From a virus: a DNA stretch of 64,000 nucleotides. This document shows positions 12,301 through 20,800 of the stretch, piece after piece; within the stretch, counting starts at the first letter, position 1, and every line of letters starts with the position of its first letter. The translations under genes were made by a program, and so were the position numbers. The stretch spans positions 9,765-73,764 of IMG/VR virus record IMGVR_UViG_3300046737_000169. One strand, given 5' to 3'. The notes below the pieces were generated by a model. It made no database searches and was not told the origin of the DNA. It was given only the letters and a program-made list of their open reading frames with translations.

Positions 12301-14008
12301 GCAACTCAAACTGATTCATCCGGCAGGCGTCGTCAAGTACAACCTGCGCAACCTGTCGGGCGATCTGGAGCGCGTGCTGGCCGTCAATCCGCACGCCGTT
12401 GCGCATGTCGGCAAGTCCATGAGCGACATCTACGATTTCGTGAAGACCGGCAAGATGCCGAGTCCCGAGTTCCAGGAATGGTGGGAACGCGGAGGCATGG
12501 ACTCCAACCTCCAGGAGGCCGAGGCCGGCGACATCGACCGCCTCGCCAAGCTGAAACGCAAGCTGGTCGATCCCGATGTCGGTGCGGCGAAGAAGACGCT
12601 GCGCTTGGGCGTGAGGGGATGGAACGCTCTGTGGAGAGGGCTCCGCACCGGCACCAACATGCGGGAAGGCATCCTGCGCTATGCCACTTTCCTCGAGTAC
12701 CAGCAGCAGATCGCGGCGAGCACCTCTGGGCGCCCGAAGAACTTTGGCGCCTCGCGCCGCGAAGAAGTGATGGCGCTCAGGAGCCGCAACGATCGCGCCT
12801 ACAAACTGTCGAACGACCTGATGCTCGCCTACGACGAGGTGGGCGTGGCCGGCCAGGAACTCCGGAAAAGGTGGATTCCCTTCTGGAGCTTCCAGGAGCA
12901 GAACGCGCGGGCCTACAAGCGGATCATGGTCAACGCCTGGAAGGACGGCCGGACCTCCGCGTTGATCGGACGAGCCATCGTGGGGAAGACCGCGCGGGTA
13001 GGCGCCTACACGATGATGAAGCTCGCCTCGACCTCGATGCGGCTGCTGATGCTCAAGACGCTCACCGAGCTCTGGAACAACTACGCCTACGACGACGAGG
13101 AAGAGGATCTGCCGGAGAGCGTGCGCAAGTCGACCCATATCATCCTGGGCCGAGACTCGAACGGCAAGGTGCGAGTGTTCTCGCGCCTGGGCACCATCGA
13201 CGATCTGCTTGAGTGGGGCGGCCTGGATGCGGCGCCGTTCTATGCGCGCGAGTACATGAACGGGCGCATGGACTTCGCCGATCTGAAGGACCAGATGATC
13301 GGCCATCTCCTGCCCAGGCTGCGCGGCGGCCTTCCGGTTCCCAAGGCGGCCTTCAACAAGGTCTGGCAGAGCATCACTCCGTACATCAAAACGACGGCGG
13401 AACTGGGCTATGGCAAGACCTCCTATCCGGACTTCTTCAAACAGCGAGAGATTCGGGACACCGGCGAGTACATCGCCCGCGAGTTGAACCTGCTTGCCCC
13501 CTACAAAGGGTTGATCAAAAAGCCGCAGCCGTCGTTCTGGACGATGGACAAACTGTCCGAGTTCATGATCTACAAGTACGATCCGAACGAGACGCAGTAC
13601 AACTCGTTCCGCTACGACAAGGTGGCCAAGTGGGCGGTGGAGAACGGGCACGACACCTCGGGCGGCGGCATGTCGCTGAAGAAGTCGGCCGAGGCGCTCT
13701 ACGATATCCGCATGGCGATCCGCTACGACGACCAGAGCGCGCTGGCCGCCGGGATACAAGCCTACAAGGATGCGGACGGCACCAAGCAGAACCTGAAGAA
13801 ATCAATCCAGCGCCTGCATCCGCTGGGCTCGCTCACCAACAAGAAGCTGAAGAAGGAGTTCGAGGACTCCCTCACCGCCCAGGAAAAACGGCAACTCGAA
13901 AAGGCTGTAGCATTCTGGGAAGAGCAATTTCATTCCAAGGAAACCGAAGTGATGGATGTCGCGCAGTCCGAAGGTCTGCCGGCCAAGAAGAAGAAGGGGA
14001 AGAAATAA
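3368..14008 (+). CDS. giant polyvalent virion/ejection protein (DdrB-type ParB-like domain, two zincin-like repeats, HhH-glycosylase-like/DUF7178-like domain, LPD38-like C-terminus)
   Basis: 3546 aa; N-terminal NPFAKYGG x2; YEIREADDL..QPRD..DGAPIV (ParB-like, ~5680-6720); EEKLH..EEITAK and EEAIH..MEITAK repeats; WYD..AAVIAVLSP..VTIDTHA..MQSITW (~8200-9340); ITPYIKTTAEL in the C-terminal region. Confidence 0.8.
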   Translation: MADNPFAKYGGVLVADGEDENPFAKYGGVKVVGPPRPHVEPTPTGPAPAPWITADKVPGAELTGLPGVQKVPAPYDLGGPGRGPGAAPPISPLQQPTMRAATPRSVPDYLSTEGITGLPYPGSGGVVPPEPYAPPLPKDAGLGERVWRGVTDEGWTQVQDSIASGTQVVGRNIDRAFGPGMIRNAGDRLAQYGEELESGREYTPPAVNLEDWLAKPDRSVGDLATMVIEGGARTLPNMLATVGAGMLVPGGGAVLSYLMNSGEIFDSQVKEGIHPEQAAKNAAVWGVPATMLDYFVPGDIIKAIKANPKLPAELKKTLYKRVVDFAKGTGTEMFTEGAQNVNQDLAMSQATGKPMDWRKTGVGAAEAALTAAGPGAVGHVMESVGERTPALDDVLGGGELADYMRKRQEAGFQPLEQPQPEDDGGTPPPPGAPPGAPPGAPPGAPPGAPPPGAGPFPPLHTQPPPTEPGTIPTTEPGAPDQTLPPETTPGTGEAPPPPPPVLQGEELYQAATAHVADIAGIEAPELAAALGVTPKDAQAVLERMVQEGAFTPKVLKNGGISYVNLRLKQERGGISPVTSPIQKGQAEPPPPPGPGVQQEPPPLPTQPPAPPQEDVSRGTEEDVPPPEVRTEEPKQPVPDEAAAKRQAFIRNRYANKPESWYGTLEGEGPRPEWNDFVERFARSDYGADLQEEAKRAIQEFRGLEPPSDSIQQGKEPGEQGTAPKPPALERAPPPAPAAPEEKEPIPSSPEGRPVPPEHPNAKREKVFTTAGREVPIRYEIREADDLVNSFEPNYPQEYQPRDTERIGTEQRVKQRQSDMRPELFAESPLASDGAPIVLPDGTVITRNHGSEALKRNYREGSPKTAEYKQWLADNAARFNYSPEQIAGMQQPILVRVMEGNVPVSEVIEFAGEANAPSVAKMSEAEIAQHMAKRMTGAVMEAFHPTEDGKPNIEFVRELIKGLTVEDQATFIDRNGKLSQEGAKIVRNVIFAKAYPDMRAIERMAETEDASLLNVTKGMLFSAPKVAIFQDLVDRGERFDLGIGQDIIDVLNILDQISREGSSIPEWKAQQSMFGRDPFLIRLLDIVSENTRSARRISDVFIAYAEVADAAGSPKQETMFGPPEIPGKLEILETAHERAKEQWAAKPKRRDPATGKPIEEGGPEEQAKPASDGVAKGPDEDVRPEVLREGPAKPGAPGAQQPGGVEKGKGVRRRDRRRAIDADGKWQDDTLADIPGLTAQATFKEPGVSGVVWVNYDGMRVVEAALNEPPLNGIALDDVGVVDLMSALEARLAEDGLYEEERAKLQEFHDLLSKHREKVGPGAGVEIVMADPTVNADFIGTAREEKLHAAQRQAKLSDETIEDLMLEPEFHEAWGWLEDHGYPDIDAKGAFEEITAKVLAGQAIGLTEAQRIKVAKAYRNALIAAHGAEAIVLFRYIKSGEVKETFRGREAKEEGAGRAAGVQSEGGVELQRGPTGGREGEGEGGGRGRGVREVAESELGGKRGEQTKIELEEQPDDRAILQGERLTAGFNAPLTPEEKRAKLKPAKVEQTSMFGGEEEPAERQGRLFAKRQHEFEAPGRLVTSKTAEEFGSTDILMPGEGFRFPEAVKRAASLIRKYPGFRGKGLANPQAVIDDFVKQIRENLVWLHDKYREQHGDLIKRAKLWYDGGRKIAEGFAKEAGVKPHQSAAVIAVLSPKKDWFMNVDLARRIHQFMGIADTVKWSDKMDAGYRAMQKSKARSDASSIKKAAAKGKVFTPSKTLPNAYRRIRGKAFSEITNAQDRAYYLRMWDEGHNSRDFNVLTPEGESRGVARNKKDTANSKVVWAGYDAIRKAMSVLEDGSVENISKRLGNRHKVRSFYNNILDPNSKNLHVTIDTHAVSAGLLRPLGESDPEVKHNLGALSVVTGEAPTYGLFAEGTRDAAKDRDLIAREMQSITWEAVRGLFSGGFKNDANRKTLAALWRDVAQGKITADEAREQIFKLAGGIDRPAWADRLPDFGGHDRGGRAADARGVPGEGVPGARPGGADGLRARGRDAGAVRTPGPKERSRPGRQRSVRGEPVPTGKTVEAQTHAATGGRFPDIIRFSDDLKRAMDGLVFHSESKADRKAGKLAAGFKTGTWYINRRGLSLLAKWTGSDMVAGSSFPASTVPLLIKVIDEDIAWIQARKPLTPQGLAEITRLRDRLEAWEKLPKATPDESVNFSFFEQGEKRHPAMRATISEEAIHGFQRLAALKDATIDALMDTDLFKRAKQTLQRNGLYAGKNNRSVLMEITAKILAADPDYAPHIPELFRLHIVKAYRDAIVAEHGEDGIVVFRYIKKGKEKDVFQGRMQPPMPTRPGAPTTGPRAPPPPPRPSPTAQPVWTPTGRATQAPFDFTKKDPYAGTTPSPTAKPSTSPTRKPVQLPLFQQLKKAGLFARIVEAGRRADERLRKAGIYSGATLSANRFLDPKVIRDMAISIAGSVAQGVIDARNFTSSITDKFGSGARRVARQVYRRAQGQMRHAASTGTLNARTLGPNAVQAASIGVPPPTTAVATTTPQQQAAAALDQREKEIWERMMPATKTGEDSLLEKGRKGWQSFKAFFDRQYFHLAHGARFAELRQRLNFVAKSQGTSQHKAAQAIIDQLEKLDEKEYIQFLKVVVYNDMWARVMQQTAEGTPVLDKDLWWGIKDKHELANVRAKVRADARANPKVTAALDMRQQMWPNIRKEYIAAMKKAGVDVSKSIKRKDYFRHRVMKHQDAKMAGKGGGSRFKLPTARGWLKKAQVNIHDYSLDYIRSEFEVLNEMMYDTARAKFIGWLKDESGHNIDKQLMRQAAAHNKAVIMPTFARMARYYNRKNRGRGVSLMTAESMYQKMMRLKPRDPSWRKRLTMRLAGAEYVGSLEKALNTFAKDTHDIYRANDKDHFYLAATIPDALARAIAANGTGQVLDTQLKKILAKGQRQGQMVLPKEVVKTLQEFMQGPTSDVGKFVDSVSRWPLNKWKQLKLIHPAGVVKYNLRNLSGDLERVLAVNPHAVAHVGKSMSDIYDFVKTGKMPSPEFQEWWERGGMDSNLQEAEAGDIDRLAKLKRKLVDPDVGAAKKTLRLGVRGWNALWRGLRTGTNMREGILRYATFLEYQQQIAASTSGRPKNFGASRREEVMALRSRNDRAYKLSNDLMLAYDEVGVAGQELRKRWIPFWSFQEQNARAYKRIMVNAWKDGRTSALIGRAIVGKTARVGAYTMMKLASTSMRLLMLKTLTELWNNYAYDDEEEDLPESVRKSTHIILGRDSNGKVRVFSRLGTIDDLLEWGGLDAAPFYAREYMNGRMDFADLKDQMIGHLLPRLRGGLPVPKAAFNKVWQSITPYIKTTAELGYGKTSYPDFFKQREIRDTGEYIARELNLLAPYKGLIKKPQPSFWTMDKLSEFMIYKYDPNETQYNSFRYDKVAKWAVENGHDTSGGGMSLKKSAEALYDIRMAIRYDDQSALAAGIQAYKDADGTKQNLKKSIQRLHPLGSLTNKKLKKEFEDSLTAQEKRQLEKAVAFWEEQFHSKETEVMDVAQSEGLPAKKKKGKK
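6771..6980 (+). CDS. nested +1-frame small protein (69 aa) overprinted in the giant gene
   Basis: GGAG 7 nt before ATG; main-frame codons switch to A/T-ending here; C-terminal half MEWLKDRMKTYDPKYFGKD is protein-like. Confidence 0.5.
   Translation: MNGQKSNGRPSLNGETRRPANPSKKAGPRNRRNPQVMEWLKDRMKTYDPKYFGKDQPNQEPPAPSSLEE
7704..7898 (+). CDS. nested +1-frame small helical protein (64 aa) overprinted in the giant gene
   Basis: AAGGAG at 7691-7696, 7 nt before GTG; GC3 bias shifts to the +1 frame; main frame becomes a G/R/E-rich linker. Confidence 0.7.
   Translation: MAEKQKRKVLDAPPEFSRKAVSNFNAAQLAAARAKEKGEDEDAAFEKSLKASWAESAGSKPKSN
9279..9530 (+). CDS. nested +1-frame small acidic protein (83 aa) overprinted in the giant gene
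   Basis: Natural-looking DSPILEDMIEEGAPLTRAEYLARAYPEQDPEEPMDSELEAEMP with strong GC3; main frame is full of rare CGA/AGA/GGA codons; TAAAAT at 9265-9270. Confidence 0.75.
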   Translation: MKRESKSSSSREALIDQLGQIDSPILEDMIEEGAPLTRAEYLARAYPEQDPEEPMDSELEAEMPALFVHPDLRKDLGLDDSEA

Positions 14009-14239
14009 ATGGTACACGGTCCCTACAAGCGGGCGACGGTGATCACGCCGCACGATACCAATCCGATCGGAGTGCCCTGCGAGGCTCTGATCGCAGACAC
14101 CGGTGGCACGGTGAATGTGGTCGACTTCGCCGGGGTAACATCCACGATCACACTGGCCACGGGCGTGCCGCTGGAGTTCACGCCGCGCATCGTAAAAACC
14201 GGCGGTGCAGCCACTGGCCTCAAGGCGCTTTGCAGGTAG
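14009..14239 (+). CDS. spike base protein-like (RcGTA Rcc01079-type)
   Basis: ITPHD..EAL..TGGTVNV..TL..G..L..R..KTGGAATG pattern and 76-aa size. Confidence 0.6.
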   Translation: MVHGPYKRATVITPHDTNPIGVPCEALIADTGGTVNVVDFAGVTSTITLATGVPLEFTPRIVKTGGAATGLKALCR

Positions 14240-14249
14240 GATATAAGCC

Positions 14250-14591
14250 ATGCTGGTCGAGGATCTGGAAATCTTTCAGGGCGACGATTACGTTGTGACC
14301 GTCACGGTCAGGGACTCGCTCGGGGCGGCGTACAACCTCGCCGGCTTCACCGCCAAGGCCCAGGTGCGCCGGCAGCCCGCCGACTCAGGCCCCGTTGTCG
14401 CCGAGTTTGGAGCCGCCGTCCAACTGCCGAATCTCGTCGTCTTGTCCCTCACCAACGCGCAGACCCTCGCCCTGGCCGGCACCTACTACTGGGATGTTCA
14501 GATCAAGAGTTCGGCCGGCGCCGTCACGACGCTGGCCAGGGGGCGCGTCCTCTCCGCGCAGGAAGTGACCCGTGAGGTGGTGATGGCGTGA
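14250..14591 (+). CDS. fibre adaptor / BppU-like beta-sandwich protein
   Basis: [30 protein letters not shown] motif; precedes the fibre gene. Confidence 0.65.
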   Translation: MLVEDLEIFQGDDYVVTVTVRDSLGAAYNLAGFTAKAQVRRQPADSGPVVAEFGAAVQLPNLVVLSLTNAQTLALAGTYYWDVQIKSSAGAVTTLARGRVLSAQEVTREVVMA

Positions 14592-17500
14592 CGCGGACCA
14601 TCGAGCTAGATGCGGTAATCGTCAAGCCGCGGCTGAACGTCACGATCGATCCGGCGAAAGACTTCATCGTCTCGATGGCAGCCGGGCAGCCGATCCCAGG
14701 CCCTCCTGGTCCCCAAGGAGAGCAAGGAATCCCAGGCCCGGTTGGTCCCCAAGGCCCGAAAGGCGATACCGGCGATACAGGCCCGGTTGGTCCGACCGGA
14801 AGTACCGGCAGTACCGGAGCCACTGGCCCCAAAGGCGACAAAGGCGACAAAGGCGACCAAGGCATCCCCGGAAATACCGGCAGTACCGGCGCCACCGGCG
14901 CCCAAGGCCCGCAAGGCATACCCGGCGATCCAGGAACCCCAGGCGCCCAAGGCCCCCAAGGCATACAAGGAAATCCCGGCCCCACTGGTGCGACCGGAGC
15001 CACCGGTCCGGAGGGCCCCCAAGGCATCCAAGGTGTCCCAGGTCCAGCCGGCGTCCTGGCGGTTCAGGACGAGGGTATTGCCCTGGCTGGCCGGTCCTCC
15101 CTCAACTTCGTGGGTGCGGGCGTTACTGCGACCGACGACGGCGCCGGCAACCGGACCACGATCACCATCCCCGGCCTGACCGGCACCGGCGGGCACGTCA
15201 TCCAGGACGAAGGCACGCCGCTCACCGCCCGTGCGGCCCTCAACTTCATAGGCGCTGGGGTAACAGCCAGCGACGACGTAGGCAACAGCCGTACCAATAT
15301 CACGATCGCGAGTTCTCAAACTCCCTGGCTCCAGGACATCAACGGCGGCAACTTCAACCTCGGCAACGTCAAAGCCATCGGCGTAGGAGCCAACGCCAAC
15401 CCCGTCATCGCAGGCGTCTATGTGCAAACCGCTGGCGCTGGTGCCGCCGGTTTCCGCCACTTCGACTCAGCCACGACCGGCGCTGGGAGCATCATCGTAG
15501 GCAACGACCTGGGCCACCTGGGCGGTCTCATACTAGGTGGATCTCTACTGGCCACTGTCGGCCTACGTGACGTTCTGTCCTTCTACACCCAGTCGGCCAC
15601 GCCTATCATCTTTGCGACCCAGGAAGTAGAACGCATGAGGATCACCGCCGCTGGCCTCATGGGCATCGGCAAGACGCCGGCCACTTACAAATTGGAGGTC
15701 TCAGGGGATATAGACGTGACCGGGGTATACCGGATCAACGGTGTCCCATTATCCGCTGGCGCATCGCAAACGCCGTGGCTGCAGGACATCAACGCCGCCA
15801 CCTTCAAGCTCAACAACTCTGGCGGGATCGGCATAGGCGTGGCCTCGCCCACTCAGGCTCTGCACGTAGCCAAAGCAGACAACAACGACGTTATCCTGGT
15901 TTCCGGCTCTAGCACCAGCGTGTACATGGCGTTCCAGTCGAACGCCACGTCCGGCCGCATCACGCACTTTAATGGCTCGGCATGGGGGAATATTCTCCTC
16001 GCCCCGTTCGGCGGAAAAGTGGGCATCGGCATCCCCGCTACGATCAACTACCCGCTCGACGTTGTAGGTGATGTCAACATTTCCGCCGGCAGTGTCTACC
16101 GCATCAACGGTGTCCCGCTTAGTACCGGCGTACCTACTTCCAGGCAAGTGATCGCCGGGACCGGCCTGTCTGGCGGCGGCGCACTTACCGCGGATGTTAC
16201 GCTCTCCGCGCTGCCCATGATCGCCAGCGGCGCGACTGGGCGCGGCGGCACTGTACCCACGCCAGGAGCTACGGCAGGGACAACTAAGTTCCTCCGCGAG
16301 GACGCAACGTGGGGAGTGCCGGTGGGCGCGGCCCAGACGCCTTGGCTCACCGATATCAACGGCAACGGTAAGATTCTCTACAGTGTCGCTGCCATAGGCA
16401 TCCAGGTAGCCAGCCCACAGGTTGCCCTGCAAATAGCCGGTCAAATCTGGTCAACCGCCGACACGGTCATCCTGGAATACGCCGCCCATAGTAGCGGGTA
16501 CGGGCGGGTTGGATGCATGAGCTTTCACCCGTTGACACTCTGGACCAACCAATTGGAACGTGTGCGGATCTTAGCGGATGGCAAGGTTGGTATCGGCACG
16601 GCGAATCCGCTGAATACATTTCAGGTTCATGCCGCGACAGATCAGAATTTGGGCATCCGCCATGACGGGGCCAAGATGGGTATCGGCACATACAACGACG
16701 CCGGGACGCTCGGCGTGCCAATGAGCCTCAACGCCTCGTCATTTGAGTTCTTGACTGGGTCTGTGGGTATTGGAACTGGCAACCTGAGTACGGCCAAGTT
16801 AGTTGTCCAGGCGACCGTGGACCGAGTGCTCGTTGTGCGCGGCGATCCCGCCCCATTTGGCTTTCCCGCTGGCATGTTGGGTCCAATCCTTGCAGGAGTC
16901 AGTTCCGATCACTCCACCTTCGAGCCATTCACCATCGCTGGCTCGTCCATCAATCTGATGACCGGCAACGTGGGCATCAACACGACGGCTCCCGCCCATA
17001 GGCTGGACGTAGTTGGCAACTGCAACGTGACCGGCCAGTACTTGGTCAACGGTGTCCCACTTAGTACCGGCGGCTCCCAAACCCCGTGGACGCAGGACAT
17101 TGCTGGCGGTGGCTTCACTCTCTCGAGCGCGGGCGCGGTTGGCTTCGTTAATGTCGGTGCGACGGTACCCGCAGGGCCGGCCATCATGGGTGGTTACGCT
17201 GGCGCCGTCATGCTGCTCGTCTCTGGAACCACCGCTATTCAGATCAACAATCAGGCGAACAATGTGGGAATCGCCCGTTTCCACAACAGCGCCGGGGTAA
17301 GTTTCGGCACCACTTACTACGCCAGTGATCCGGGAGCAAACGCCCTGAGCGTCGAAGGGCGAATTGGCATCGGCACCACCACTCCCGGCAGCTATAGTGC
17401 TGGATTAACGGTCCTCGCTGGAACCGCGGGCAAACAAATTCAAATTCTAGAACCCGGCGGCAATGGTCAATACCGCCTGGAAATTGGTTATGCCGTCATC

Positions 17501-18484
17501 AACGGGAACTGGGGCGGACGCATCCAGGCTCTGGTCACAGAGACGCCCTACCAACTGCACCTGAACCCATTGGGCGGCGGGGTCAACATTGGTCCCGCTA
17601 CCAACATCCCGGCCTGCGGCTTACAGGTGACCGGCGTAGGCCAAGGAACTGCCTCCCCAACCTTCCCCACTGGCGCTCAAGGCGCAACCCTGCTTGTAAG
17701 TGATTCTCTCGGGCCGGGGGCCAGCGGCGGGATGATCGTCTTCGGTGCTCGGGGCGGGGACGGATCAGGCTTCTGCGGAATCAAAGGCTATTACCTCGAC
17801 GGGGGAGGCAACACTGCCGGGGCGATGGGGTTCATGACCCGTAAAGTCAACACCGACACGGTTCTCACTAACGTGATGTGGCTTAGTACCGGCGGCTATC
17901 TCGGCATCAATACCACTGGGCCAGCCTGCCACCTGTCAACCGGCAGCGTCCTGGCCACGATCAAGGTTGCCTCATACGACCTGTCCGGTTCCATGTTCGG
18001 CATCGGCGTCCAGAGTGCCGTCCTCACCTTTGGCGCTGGCATCGGCGAGCAGGGCGCGGCAAACATGACCCTCAGTTCCTCTGGGCATCTTGGCATCGGC
18101 ATCGGCAACGCTGCGTCTGCGCATCGGCTGTCAGTGATCCCAACGGCGGGTGTTAATACCTTCGCGTTGGCATCGCAGCAGGTGAAAATCGGTGAGCCGA
18201 GTAACATCGCTGGCTATGCCATGACTCTTGGGTATGGGGCACCAAGTGGCAGATACGGCGGCACCATCCAGGCATGGGACAACGGTGCAGTGGGCACGTT
18301 ATACCTAAATCCTGGAGGGGGCAATATCGTCATGGCAAATTCGGCAGCCTGGGGAGCAGACACCGCGAATATGCCGCTTGGGACAATGATGATCTACTAC
18401 AATCATACGGACGGTCGATTGTACTTCTACGTTAAGAGAACTGATTCCCAAACAATAAGACAGACTAACTTGTTATTGACATAG
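14588..18484 (+). CDS. tail or head fibre with collagen (GXY) region and repeated modules
   Basis: GXY triplets near the N-terminus; four QTPWxxDI repeats; many VGIGT/VGINT repeats. Confidence 0.85.
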   Translation: MTRTIELDAVIVKPRLNVTIDPAKDFIVSMAAGQPIPGPPGPQGEQGIPGPVGPQGPKGDTGDTGPVGPTGSTGSTGATGPKGDKGDKGDQGIPGNTGSTGATGAQGPQGIPGDPGTPGAQGPQGIQGNPGPTGATGATGPEGPQGIQGVPGPAGVLAVQDEGIALAGRSSLNFVGAGVTATDDGAGNRTTITIPGLTGTGGHVIQDEGTPLTARAALNFIGAGVTASDDVGNSRTNITIASSQTPWLQDINGGNFNLGNVKAIGVGANANPVIAGVYVQTAGAGAAGFRHFDSATTGAGSIIVGNDLGHLGGLILGGSLLATVGLRDVLSFYTQSATPIIFATQEVERMRITAAGLMGIGKTPATYKLEVSGDIDVTGVYRINGVPLSAGASQTPWLQDINAATFKLNNSGGIGIGVASPTQALHVAKADNNDVILVSGSSTSVYMAFQSNATSGRITHFNGSAWGNILLAPFGGKVGIGIPATINYPLDVVGDVNISAGSVYRINGVPLSTGVPTSRQVIAGTGLSGGGALTADVTLSALPMIASGATGRGGTVPTPGATAGTTKFLREDATWGVPVGAAQTPWLTDINGNGKILYSVAAIGIQVASPQVALQIAGQIWSTADTVILEYAAHSSGYGRVGCMSFHPLTLWTNQLERVRILADGKVGIGTANPLNTFQVHAATDQNLGIRHDGAKMGIGTYNDAGTLGVPMSLNASSFEFLTGSVGIGTGNLSTAKLVVQATVDRVLVVRGDPAPFGFPAGMLGPILAGVSSDHSTFEPFTIAGSSINLMTGNVGINTTAPAHRLDVVGNCNVTGQYLVNGVPLSTGGSQTPWTQDIAGGGFTLSSAGAVGFVNVGATVPAGPAIMGGYAGAVMLLVSGTTAIQINNQANNVGIARFHNSAGVSFGTTYYASDPGANALSVEGRIGIGTTTPGSYSAGLTVLAGTAGKQIQILEPGGNGQYRLEIGYAVINGNWGGRIQALVTETPYQLHLNPLGGGVNIGPATNIPACGLQVTGVGQGTASPTFPTGAQGATLLVSDSLGPGASGGMIVFGARGGDGSGFCGIKGYYLDGGGNTAGAMGFMTRKVNTDTVLTNVMWLSTGGYLGINTTGPACHLSTGSVLATIKVASYDLSGSMFGIGVQSAVLTFGAGIGEQGAANMTLSSSGHLGIGIGNAASAHRLSVIPTAGVNTFALASQQVKIGEPSNIAGYAMTLGYGAPSGRYGGTIQAWDNGAVGTLYLNPGGGNIVMANSAAWGADTANMPLGTMMIYYNHTDGRLYFYVKRTDSQTIRQTNLLLT

Positions 18485-18499
18485 AGAAAGAAGGTTCCA

Positions 18500-18787
18500 A
18501 TGACTTATACAGAGAGCGCCGCCCTCATGAGCGATCCGGCGTTCCGGGGCCGTGTGCAAGTGGCCGTCTTGAAGTTCGCTGACTCGATCATGATCGAGGC
18601 TTCGAGCGTTCCGGCGCACAATACGCGCGAACGCTGGGCGATCAATACTATGCAGAACCCGCAGATGGTGGCCATGCAGATACAGCCGCCCACGGTCATG
18701 GACCCGGCGGTGCAGACGGCCGGCGGCGCCGTGACTGACGTGGAGTTGCAAGCCGCGGTGGAAGGGGTTGTGAATAAACTACTCTAA
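18500..18787 (+). CDS. hypothetical fibre-associated protein
   Basis: AGAAGG RBS; 95 aa directly after the fibre gene. Confidence 0.65.
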   Translation: MTYTESAALMSDPAFRGRVQVAVLKFADSIMIEASSVPAHNTRERWAINTMQNPQMVAMQIQPPTVMDPAVQTAGGAVTDVELQAAVEGVVNKLL

Positions 18788-19134
18788 TGCAGAGTCTGAC
18801 CTTGCCTTTTTACCAGCGCATCATGTTATGGAATGTGATCGGAAGCCATGCCGCCCCCAACCTCAAGGAAGCCAGCGTTGGCTTGCGCGTCATCGAGAAA
18901 CTACGGCTCTCCGACCAGGAGCAGACCGAAAGCGAATTTACTATCAACGGCCAGCAATACAACTGGAAGCTGCCCAGCGAAACCTACGGGACCAAGACCG
19001 TGGACTTTGAAGGCGACGAGGCGAAGGCTCTGGCCGCGGCGATCGAGGCCGCGCCTACGCGCGTGATGGACGCCGTCTGGTTGCAACCGATCGTCGACAA
19101 GCTGAAGGTCTCCCCCAACGGGGCCGGCGCCTGA
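18787..19134 (+). CDS. hypothetical protein, possible fibre assembly chaperone
   Basis: TAATG overlap coupling; helical 115 aa. Confidence 0.6.
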   Translation: MQSLTLPFYQRIMLWNVIGSHAAPNLKEASVGLRVIEKLRLSDQEQTESEFTINGQQYNWKLPSETYGTKTVDFEGDEAKALAAAIEAAPTRVMDAVWLQPIVDKLKVSPNGAGA

Positions 19135-19228
19135 AGCGCGAGACCACCAAGAGACTGCTTCTCTTTGCAATGATCCTCTACTGGCTCATCAGCCTCTCCG
19201 TCCTCTGGGTTGTGACCAAACCTGCCCG

Positions 19229-19270
19229 TTGACTTTGCGCAAGGAAACCCAGCATACTAACGTTGCGCAA
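19229..19270 (+). promoter_or_regulatory. sigma70-type promoter with two TTGCGCAA palindromic operators
   Basis: TTGACT (19229) -18 bp- CATACT (19253); TTGCGCAA at 19235 and 19263. Confidence 0.65.
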
Positions 19271-19272
19271 GA

Positions 19273-19497
19273 ATGGGCAGCAGTAATGGCTTCGGTTCCG
19301 CCTCCGAGAGGCTCGCTACTCTCAAGGCTCACCGCGGCATCCTCAGCCGCATAGCCGGGCAACTGGGAATGTCTACGGCCGCCGTGTCGCGGACGTATCA
19401 CGGCGTCACCAGGCAGACCAACCCGCGGATCGTCGAAGCCATCAGGCGAGCCCTCGCTGAAGCGCGGAAAGCGAAAGAGGTGAGGCTAAATGGCTGA
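19273..19497 (+). CDS. small HTH regulator (Cro/LacI-like)
   Basis: LSRIAGQLGMSTAAVSRTY HTH. Confidence 0.75.
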   Translation: MGSSNGFGSASERLATLKAHRGILSRIAGQLGMSTAAVSRTYHGVTRQTNPRIVEAIRRALAEARKAKEVRLNG

Positions 19498-20800
19498 TCA
19501 AGAACAGGCCCTGGTGCGGGCCGGAGGAGACGTGACGCACACCGCCTATGGCGATGTGACTCATCGCTCCGGAGTAGACGTAGCTGCTGCGACCCAGGCG
19601 GCACACGCCCAGGCCGCGGTGCAGGCGCGCTACGTGATGGCGATCCAGCGCCCGCGCAACGAGGCGAACTTCCGCTCGAAGCTCCTGCTCGAAGTGGACA
19701 ATCCGGACTTCGCGGCAATCTGTGAATATCGCAGGCCGGTGGGCAAGGAGAAGAACGCGCAAGGCCAGTGGGTCGACAAGATTGCCACGGGCCCTTCGAT
19801 CCATCTGTTGCGCACGGCGCTGAGGCTCTTCGGGAACAATGGCAGCGAGCCGGCGGTCATCACAGAAACACCGGATCTGCGGATCGGATCGATCACGATT
19901 TCTGACTATGAAAATAATTTCCACGTCGTGAGGACATTCGTCATTGAAAAAAGGATCGAGAAGCGCGGCTACGAGAACCGCCGGACCAAGCAGGTAGAGC
20001 CGCCGCCCGGCCGGGAGATCCTCGGCACGCGCATAAACACTGACGGCGAAGAAGTGTACATCGTCCGGATGAACCTGGACGAATTGAGGAAAGAGGAACT
20101 TCGTCAGACCGCGCTCGCCAAGCGCGCCGCCGCCGAGGAGTTCTTGCCCAGGCATATCATTCGGGCCGCTTTAATGAGGGCGGTAGGTGTGATGAAGGAT
20201 GCGGACGCCAAAGATCCGGCGGCCGCGAAGAACCGGATGATCGATGCCTTCGTCGAACTCAAGATCATGGCCAGCGACCTGGAACACTACCTCGGCCATT
20301 CGCTCGACCGGCTCTCGACCGACGAGTTGGCCACGCTGCGCGGTGTCTATTCCCGCCTCTCGAATGAGGAGGTCACCTGGGAAGAGTGCCTCGCCGAGCG
20401 CAACCCGGCAGGCAGTACCGAGGAAGCCGAGAAGGTGCGCGCCCAAAAGCTCGCCGCACTCACCGGCCAGGCTCAAACAGTAACCCACACAGAAGAAGCG
20501 AAGGGTAAAAGCGGGGGTGAGAATCCATCTGGCGAGGCGAAGGTTCCAACTTCGACCGAGCAAGGACCGGTTGGAACGGTCAAAACAGTGGACGCCCCCG
20601 CTCCGGACAAACGCTACATCTCGACCGACCAGGCGCAGGAGTTCGCCCAGGTGATCCACGCCAATAACCTCGACGACGAGCAGATCGCCAAGCTCGTGAA
20701 AGCCGGGGGCGCGGATCGCTACGACCAGATGAGGCCGGACCTCTTCGAGGTGGTCCTGAAGATGGCCCGCGCGACCAAGGGGAAGGGGAACAAGAAATGA
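19490..20800 (+). CDS. conserved phage protein, putative ssDNA-annealing/recombination protein
   Basis: QARYVMAIQRPR..YRRPVG..GPSIHL motif; adjacent to the SMC-like ATPase; function inferred from context. Confidence 0.5.
   Translation: MADQEQALVRAGGDVTHTAYGDVTHRSGVDVAAATQAAHAQAAVQARYVMAIQRPRNEANFRSKLLLEVDNPDFAAICEYRRPVGKEKNAQGQWVDKIATGPSIHLLRTALRLFGNNGSEPAVITETPDLRIGSITISDYENNFHVVRTFVIEKRIEKRGYENRRTKQVEPPPGREILGTRINTDGEEVYIVRMNLDELRKEELRQTALAKRAAAEEFLPRHIIRAALMRAVGVMKDADAKDPAAAKNRMIDAFVELKIMASDLEHYLGHSLDRLSTDELATLRGVYSRLSNEEVTWEECLAERNPAGSTEEAEKVRAQKLAALTGQAQTVTHTEEAKGKSGGENPSGEAKVPTSTEQGPVGTVKTVDAPAPDKRYISTDQAQEFAQVIHANNLDDEQIAKLVKAGGADRYDQMRPDLFEVVLKMARATKGKGNKK

Noticed and set aside
1997-13759. 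Long antisense ORFs (1997-4909, 6008-7291, 7895-11374, 11378-13759)
   Set aside because: They mirror GC3-biased sense genes, where antisense stops are rare; no RBS or domain motifs
14690-15050. Nucleotide repeats in the fibre gene
   Set aside because: Explained by collagen GXY coding
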